Below are positions 56,112 through 64,000 of a stretch of 64,000 bases of DNA, piece after piece (position 1 is the stretch's first letter; each line of letters starts with the position of its first letter). The notes beneath the pieces are model-generated. The model made no database searches and was not told the origin of the DNA. It was given only the letters and a program-made list of their open reading frames with translations. Made by a program: the position numbers and the translations under genes. Source of the DNA: Aplysia californica (taxonomy: Eukaryota); contig NW_004797315.1 of the NCBI RefSeq assembly GCF_000002075.1, positions 606,110-670,109 on the forward strand. The letters are read 5' to 3'.

Positions 56112-57569
56112 ATGGAACCCATATATAAAATGGGTACCTTTTTAACTTTATTGTTGTGTATTGGTTCTGTTTTCCTGCACTGGCTTCTGTGGTGTAGCAG
56201 TTACGGCTTCACCCTTGCATGCAGAAGACACGGCTTTGATTCCAGTGACAGGAGAATATTTTTTATTTGATATGTTCATTTTTATGATGGGACACTGCAT
56301 TGTATTCCTCTCCTTTTAAGTTAACCCTGACAGGAAGGGTGGAATCAGATTGCCTCCTAAATGTGAAGAGTGCTGATAAAATTAAGTTACTTCTCGGATT
56401 CGAACCCAAATGGAAAAAGGTACATCACGCTTGTAGCCTACTTATAAGTGGAGTTTTTTTCAATTTATAAATATGAAATAATAAAAGGCATGTTATACTT
56501 AAATATAATATATGGCATCATTAGAAAATTTACAAATTTTACCCTTGTGTCAATTTTTGGCCAACATCTCTAAATGTGGATTGCGAGAAGTAATTCATTT
56601 TGTCAGCATGCCTCACAAATGATCTAATACTGTTGATGGGGGAGTAAAACTTTGTCAGCCTCAATTACATCATGTATGATTATTATGCTTTCCTGTGTAT
56701 CCTTGCTGCTCCACACATTCTGACATTCTTTTGTGAAATCATTTCCTTTTTTTTACGTGGCATTTTTAAAATATATAGAACAGTAGCTGAGAGTGAAGAG
56801 GTGCTGTGAAAATATATCTTTACAAATATTATGTGATTCCCGTGTACATTGCAGTTCCCAGATGGAGTTTTGGAATTACTTTCAAGAGGAAAGATATAGC
56901 TTTCTGCATTTTACTTTTGCAGTTTATATGATTGCTGGATTAGTTACAAATGTTGAAACTGACACTTGTTGTTACTTTGTCTTTACTTTTTCATTTAATC
57001 ACTGTTTACTCGTCTGTTTCACAGGAAAACTTTGGAAGCATGATCCAATGAAAGAAAGATACAAAAAATTTGAATTTGATATTTTAAAAAAGTCTCTTGA
57101 GATTGTCTTTTATGTAGGTACATGTGTAGATCTGTTGTACAAGTACAAAGGCTTTGGAATCAACAAATACACAACAAACTCCATTACATTCAACTGAAAC
57201 TTGCGCCCAGGAAACCACTGTCTCTCCTACGAAGAGAAAAAGTAATTTTTACCAGATTAAAGATAGGACACATGCACGTCACACACAAACAATGAGAATA
57301 CTGTGACCGTGTGCGGTTGTGAGCTCCGAGAGACTCTTACTAAAACACGTCTGATTTTGTTGCGGTGAAACCTGTTGGCGCTTAAATGACCAAAATTGAG
57401 TCAATAGTGCCGTAAAACATCTACTCAATCAATCAAGTACAAAGGCTGTTTGAAAAATGGTGTGAAAATGGTCATAAAACTAAAAAGTAATTTTGTACTT
57501 TTTTAACTGGACACAAAAGGAAAAGCTAGGAATGTACACTACTTGTTCTCCCTAAAGCACTTTTAGTCA

Positions 57570-57984
57570 ACCCCCTACCAGGGCAGCACTACTGACTGAA
57601 GTTGTCTTTAGGACATTCCCAAAGGGGGGATATATTTTAACATGTTCTTATGCACAGTAGAATTGTAAATGGGCTGATTTATCAATGTCATGCTCATACT
57701 GTGCCGGAACAACAAAGGGGGAACTGCTGCTTTTTCTTTCCTCACCCTTACTATTGCCATTTTGCTCTACTTCTTTTGTATGTTTGTCACTCTCTTGTGA
57801 ACTATTATTTCCGGGGTGCCTTGATAGTTGAAGCAGACTTTGTGCTGTTGAGGCTAGAAAGGTGAACTGAGTAAGCCTGATTCCCCCTTTGAACTTCTCT
57901 GTTGACATCCACCCCATGGCGCTCATATGACCTAATGCAGTTGCAAACACTTTGAAACCTTACCAAAAAAAACCGCCTAAAAAC
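57570..57984 (+). mobile_element. Family B retroposon, full-length (diverged)
   Basis: CCCCTACCAGGGCAGCACTACTGACTGAAG start; GGCGCTCATATGACCTAATGCAGTTGC tail; CTTTTAGT on both flanks. Confidence 0.8.
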
Positions 57985-58175
57985 CTTTTAGTTAGTTAAA
58001 CCACGGAAGGTATAATATTGAATCTCTATAATGTCACATCGAACATTGCGACTCCTGTAGTTGTAGAGGAATGGTTGAAAGAAACTTGAGTGGAGCCATA
58101 CAATTCTTACAAATGAAAGGTGAAGAATCCTACAAAGATTTTCAGTGAACTCCTTGCTGTGTATACATATATATA

Positions 58176-58347
58176 CAGTATAACACGGATAGCTCAAATT
58201 CGTCGGGACCGGCCTCGGTAGTTCGAGGGATCCGTAGTTCGAGGGATATCTTACAAAGACAAAGAAAACAAAAAACGGGACAGCAGGCACTGTTCAACGG
58301 GCGCGTGATTTCGAGTGTTCTGTGTTAGACCTATCCGTGTTATACTG
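58176..58347. mobile_element. Tc1/mariner-pogo MITE, same family as 42418-42590
   Basis: TA|CAGTATAACACGGATAG ... CTATCCGTGTTATACTG|TA perfect 17-bp TIR. Confidence 0.85.
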
Positions 58348-61300
58348 TATGTATGTGTATGTTGATATAATGAGTGAATAGCAAGCACATGATGTATATG
58401 AAAAGTGCTGTGTGCACGGATGGACGAATATATAGAAGGTGATCCATGTGCAGGGTGCCTACGAATTTTCATTTCAGAAGCTGACATTCAAAGAAACCAC
58501 CTCCTAAAAGATCTAAATTGTGTTGATGGGAGCGTATAAAGCATTAAAATATATATATATATATATGTGACATTTATATAATATTATTATTATTACATAA
58601 TATATCTGGAACTGTATCCAGTTCCCATGTATATACTTGTTGGACAGCCCTCATAACTGGTTCAAATTGTTAAGTACAAAATGTTCTAATGGTGCTGATG
58701 CAGCATGAGTAAATCATCTGTATGCCAGTTTGACTAATGCTGAGATACTGTATATTATGTTTTAAAAAACCCCCACTGATTATTACTGTAGATCAGAATC
58801 TGATTTGGTGTATACTGTTTGTTTTTTTCACTCTACTTACTAAATGGTTTGTCCTGTTCAAGATACTAATAATCATATAGCACACATTCCCTTGACTTTT
58901 GTTTTAGACAAAAATTGCAATGTAACATGAACATTTCTGTCAATGTTGTGTCTCGAGGTTGTCTATTTGAAAAATATAATTTTTGTTGTCGTTAACACTT
59001 AATAACTTTTGATAAAATGCACTAATGTATTCCAAATTTTGACTCTAATAATGTTTTAATTTAACTTTATAGTTCGGAAAAAAATGGTTTGTATCTGGTC
59101 ATCAAAGCATTTTCTCTTTTTTGTGTGTTTGTTAAGGAATTGTTGGTTTAGTTTAAGTAAGCTATAGGCCTATAGGACTGGTTATGAATCCTCTCTTTTA
59201 AGCCATAAGTCAAATTTGAAGTAAGGATATAAGCAGAATAAAGCTGTTTAATGTTTATCAATATCCTTTTGTTTATGTTCTGAGCTTTGCCACCCAGAGT
59301 CCAGAGTCAGATCATGGAAGGCGTTGTTTTATTGTGCTCAACTCACTGAATATTGTCGGAAAGTTCAAAGACTATGCTGTAAGTGTGAAACTTTTTTAAT
59401 GCCAATAGTGAAGCAGGAAAAGGCCTATCACCCTGGGTAGATGTGCCCTTAAATTTATTTGATGCTGCAACTTTAAAAAATATTGCCTAGAACTGAAAAG
59501 ACAATCATATAAATGAGTATGTAGTCCTATAAATTACAAAATTCAGCTTTTGGGGAATCAAAAGTTATTTGGAAAACGTAGTTTTTTTGGTTTTTTTTAG
59601 AAAGATGGCCTGTAGCAACCAATGTTTGAGATATACATGTGTATACTGACTAATTAGTATAAATGCAGCTCTCTGTGTTTAATCACTTGGATTAAAAATG
59701 ATTATGATGGATTACATTAATTCTGTACATGTACCAAAATTACCATCACCAGTTTTCTTTGACCTGAGGATAATTTGAATAACTGTAAGGAATAAGTTCG
59801 AATATGAAATCAAACGGTTTGTATGAATGGAATTTTTTTGTGTTTTTTTAATTTTTGGGGGTATATTTTGTGATATAAGCTAGGCGACTGAGAAAGCCTA
59901 GGATAAGATAAAGCCTTCTTTTTGTATTGATCAAGGAAGGTGTTAGTAAAAACAAAGGTATTTTTTTAAATCTACTCATTGCGAAAATTGTTAGATACTC
60001 CAAAATTTTCTTAACAAAATTACTCTGTACTGTGTGAGCACTAAGAGTCAACTTTTGATTCGTCTCTGATTTCTTGAAGATATTTTGATAGTACGCCTTT
60101 AATGTACTTCATGATATTTTTGCACAATGTCTAGATTCTTTATGGTTAGGATATCTGATAGGTCCTATTTTTCTCTCCTGTATTTTATTTTTACTTGATG
60201 ATGCCATCACATCCTCTTCCCTTATTCAATCGCAAATATCTCAATTTCTATTCAAGATAAACAGGTTTTCTTTTTATTAAAAGCAAAACAAATAAACAAG
60301 CTTTTAGATAATATTAATATCTACACATGCCCAAAAATTGATGAGTACCTGATTCCACCGCATCATCACACAAATGGTCGCTTTTACTTTTAAGGACAAG
60401 CTGGCTAACCCAGATTTCGGGGGTTTCCAGAAATCATGACCTACATCAAAAGTGAGCATTGCCCTTCCTATAGAAGAAGTTTGGTTTCATTGGTGTGTAT
60501 ATTTGTTTAGTTATGGAGGAAACTCTCCTTGTCTTTTAATAAAGAAACTGAACAAGGAGCAAATACATGTACCTTACCTTCGATTTTCTCAAAACAGTAT
60601 TTTTCGGGATAGCCCCCTTGTGCTTAAAAGCAACCAAATGTGTTTTGGAGTAAATAGACCCTCTAAACATAATCATTTCATGTTGTGCATGTTCAACCGT
60701 TCAAATACTAATATTATAATGGCATATAAAGATGTGCTGTATTTTACTTTGGATGGCGTTCTTTTCTTCGTCATTTTTCCACCAGCGTCTGTGGTGTAGC
60801 TGTGGGTGTTTCACTGTTTGGCTGTCGCACACAGGGGACCATGGTTCGATTCCCAAGTTGAGAGAATTTTTACTGGGTGTCTCAGTCTTTTCTACTGAGA
60901 GGTATCACTCTTAGCTTTAGTTGGCCCTGACAGACAGGGTCGAAGCCTGCATAATAAAAACACAAATTAACACAAGAGAAAAATTAATGCTTTTTTACCT
61001 TGTCTGCCTATAATAATTTTGCTTCTTAGCACTTAACTATTCTGTCTTTTTCTTTGAAAAATCTCATGTTTGTTTTTAGCATTCGCAAGTCATTTTACTC
61101 ATTCCTTTTAACAGGACAAATTTCTGAACAAAAAACTTATCTTGAAGCAATATATTTTTCAAACTAGAACACTTGGTCTTGCTACATCAGTCTTCTGAGC
61201 AGAGACGCAAAATGTTCTTTTCTTGGAGGGATAAGAAACTTACCGTAATTTGTGTAGACCTATCCATTTTTGACAGAGATTCAAGTCCTGTACTTCTGGA

Positions 61301-61865
61301 TACCGGTACATGTTAGTGGTTTGTTGGAGGGCACCACTGGTAGGCCCTACTTCTTTTCTTTACCTCTGTTCTTCCTGTTTATCTGTTTTGATTTTCTCAT
61401 ACATCAAATGGCTGTTATCATGTTTCTGTTGTGATCTGTTTACTCAAAATTAAACTGGCGGAATTGTCGTCTTTCCTTTTTTTGTTTTGTGGTCAGAAAG
61501 TAGAGATGTTTAATTAAATCGTAATGAGTTTTGAAAGTTATGTTTTCAGTCATAGGAAGATGCCCTTTTTCTTTATTGTGAGTCAGTTTCAACAAGGAAA
61601 GTGTACTACTTGTACATAATTTTGTACATATATATTTTATTTAAATTGTTCCTCGTTAAATATGTTAATATTATGTGAATTCTGTCTTTGATGGCTATGC
61701 TGGAGTTGTTGTAAGGATACTTTTTGTCACGTTTACTTTTTACTCACCATTTGTTTTATGAATGGACCAAACTAGTAAACTCAATTAAAATCTTATGACT
61801 TTGGAGGTAAATGTGCGTTCTTTTCATACTGATTGATGTTTTACTCAAATTTAAATTGTTGTCAA

Positions 61866-62044
61866 TGGTTGACGGGTGTTCTGGTGTGGTTTGCTCCTTC
61901 TTTCCTCTAATAATATAATATCCGTGTATCGTCCTTGTCGATCTCTCCTCCTTTTCTATGTTACCTTTTAGTAGCACCTCTGATCTCCGGCGTTTATATT
62001 GTATAATAACCTATTTATGTTTTAAGTGCTGTAAAACTCTTACT
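61866..62044 (+). mobile_element. Family A retroposon (diverged)
   Basis: TGGTTGACGGGTGTTCTGGTGTGGTTTGCT...AAGTGCTGTAAAACTCTTACT. Confidence 0.7.
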
Positions 62045-62642
62045 GGAGGCTCTTGTGGTCTAGAGGTTCCGGTGTTTGCCTCTCATTCAATAGGTCCCGG
62101 GTTCGAAGCCTGACAGCGACAGAAAATGTTCTTCTCTGAAATGTTCTCATTTCACGTACCTCCTTTCACCTCCTTTCCTGCTCTAATAATCATTTTCTGT
62201 CGTCTGCTTTCCCCTCCAGTTTCTGCGCCCCCCCCCCCCCCCCCCCCCCCCCCTCTGGGCTCCTGACTCTTTCACTTTCAGCAGCCTTTCTACTGCTACT
62301 CCTTTGCTGATTTTTGCTACTTTCTTTCAACCACACACGCTGATCTTAGGGTAGGTAACATCTTACACCTAGCCTCAATGAGATTAAAAGTAAATTCTAA
62401 GCTCCTTGCCTAGCCTTCACAGATTTGGGCGAAAAATCTCGGAGGTCTGCTGTGCAAGTTGTGCACGTTATTAAAGATTCATTGGTTGTCCAAAATCGAG
62501 AGTAGGCTTCGGCTGCCACCCGGGCAAGTTTCAAAATTAATTCCTATCAAACTGAAAATGTTTTAGTTTTAATTTGTCGCGTGCGCTCGTATATATGACC
62601 TTATGCAGTTGTGAGCGCCGTAAAACACTTTCCAAAACAAAA
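62045..62642 (+). mobile_element. tRNA-headed Deu/Nin-domain SINE (family C) directly abutting the family A tail
   Basis: TGGTCTAGAGG A box, GGTTCGAAGCC B box, TGTGCAAGTTGTGCAC, GAGTAGGC, tail GCGCTC...ATGACCTTATGCAGTTGTGAGCGCCGTAAAAC. Confidence 0.85.
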
Positions 62643-62828
62643 CCACTCTGTCACATTTAGCCCAATCCATCTTGCCTTGATGCTGTCGGTCCGCATTGTG
62701 GGTTGTTCACCCTTAGCCCTTGTGCCCCCACATCTTGCCATCGAGTGAGTATCCTCCTTCATAACGGTCTGGTGACGTTTCATAATGTCCAAAGTACATG
62801 TACACGTACCGGTAGTCTACATACTACA

Positions 62829-63447
62829 TTGATACAACAACTGATAACAACAAATAACAACTGGTAACAACAAAATAGCGACACATTTCAACACTAACGT
62901 GCTTACACAAGGTGATCAATCCCCAAAAGAAGATATTTTCATTGTCACAAAACTGTATGACAGGACAACAGGTGATGACATGATACATACAACAGGACGT
63001 ACCCCGCGGTACTGAAACTACAGTAAGTGTCACCACAGCTAGGCTATTCAATCATAATGGAATGTATAATTTTAATCAATTGATCAATTTAATTTTAATG
63101 TCTCAAAATGTCATGTCATGTATGTTGGTGAGAAAAAATGATATGAAGAGACAGGATTACGTTGTTTTTTTTTCCGATGAATTGTTACTTTCGATTTGAC
63201 TTTCGATTTGAATGTAAACAACAAATAAAAAGGACGCAACTCCGGTCATTGATAGAGAATATTGTGCTTCTGGTAGTTGCTCGGAGTTGTGCACGTAACG
63301 TAAAGTAGGGGCTGGTTGACTACACGAATACTGATTTTTTAGGCTGGAACTCAAAGTATTTTTGTGTTATCAGTTGTTATTTGTTGTTATCAATTGTCAT
63401 TTGTTGTTGTCAGTTGTTATTTGTTGTTATCTCGACAAAGATAAATA
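62829..63447. mobile_element. Foldback-like element with (ACAACAAATA)-type arrays in inverted arms
   Basis: Left ACAACTGATAACAACAAATAACAACTG vs right CAGTTGTTATTTGTTGTTATC; right terminus TTATCTCGACAAAGATAAATA recurs inverted at 4072-4102. Confidence 0.6.
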
Positions 63448-63629
63448 CCCCTGAAGACAAGGTTGCCTACTGTCCTCAATCATATTCAATCTATTTCTTG
63501 AAAGAAAGCCCTAAATTACCATTATTGTGTCGATGTGCCTCTCTTTACCCAAACAAACTAGAGCTAACAAACAAATTGAAAGAATTAAGAGAGACACCTC
63601 CCTTGAACACTAGAACACTGTGTCAGTAA

Positions 63630-63845
63630 AACCTCCGATTTGCGGATGATAGGCAGACCCCCATAGCGGGCTCCAACGATGAACTGCCAAACCTTTCAAC
63701 CAAATTGAACGGCAGTGTTTGATCATGTGCAATGGAAGTGAGAACACATCAAAAGTCAAACGTTATGGTAACCACCACCAAAGGAAGCTAAGCTAAAATA
63801 ACTATGAGCAATGGGGAACTGGAAGGTGTCAAACATTTAAGTTTA
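63630..63845 (+). pseudogene. RTE-clade LINE reverse-transcriptase fragment
   Basis: Translates NLRFADD...IAGSNDELPNLSTKL...AMEV...KSNVMV...GELEGVKH with in-frame stops. Confidence 0.8.
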
Positions 63846-63863
63846 TTTATATCTTGGCTCGGT

Positions 63864-64000
63864 GTGGGTGGTTGGAGGGCGCCACTGGAAGGTCCTACTT
63901 CTTTACTTTTCTTCTGTTGTTTCTGTCTGTCGTGTCTTCTTACTTTTCCCTTGCACTAAATGAAATGATCATAAGTGTGTCGATGCGCTTCTCTTTACTC
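63864..64000 (+). mobile_element. Family E retroposon (runs to window end)
   Basis: Starts GTGGGTGGTTGGAGGGCGCCACTGG; ends GTGTCGATGCGCTTCTCTTTACTC as in 32910-33064. Confidence 0.75.

Overview
AT-rich eukaryotic (animal) genomic DNA with four assembly gaps (254-407, 10332-10431, 28145-28995, 49960-50200). The repeat repertoire (Deu/Nin-domain SINEs, TCTAGA-rich tracts) suggests a gastropod mollusc, possibly Aplysia-like; this is inference only. The protein-coding content is a tandem, same-strand cluster of three paralogous poly-C2H2 zinc-finger genes, each with its CDS in one exon: 21966-25046 and ~34273-37359 (20 finger-like motifs each) and ~53493-56111 (16 motifs). All three share an unrecognised ~47-aa N-terminal domain, a PKxE motif and a repeated atypical four-finger module. 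The rest is dense transposable-element debris. It includes Tc1/mariner-pogo, PIF/Harbinger, MuDR-like, EnSpm-like and foldback non-autonomous DNA transposons, remnants of a THAP9/P-element transposase, a Tigger transposase and RTE and Ingi/I-group LINEs, and tRNA-derived SINEs. It also holds three families of short 'headless' retroposons with target-site duplications (TSDs), near-fixed 5' ends and a shared, covarying 3' stem-loop. Most notable are (i) the zinc-finger family with a candidate new KRAB/ZAD-analogous N-terminal domain, (ii) the non-tRNA mini-retroposon system and (iii) a tRNA-like Pol III cassette shared by two unrelated DNA transposons. All calls are by eye; no database searches were run.
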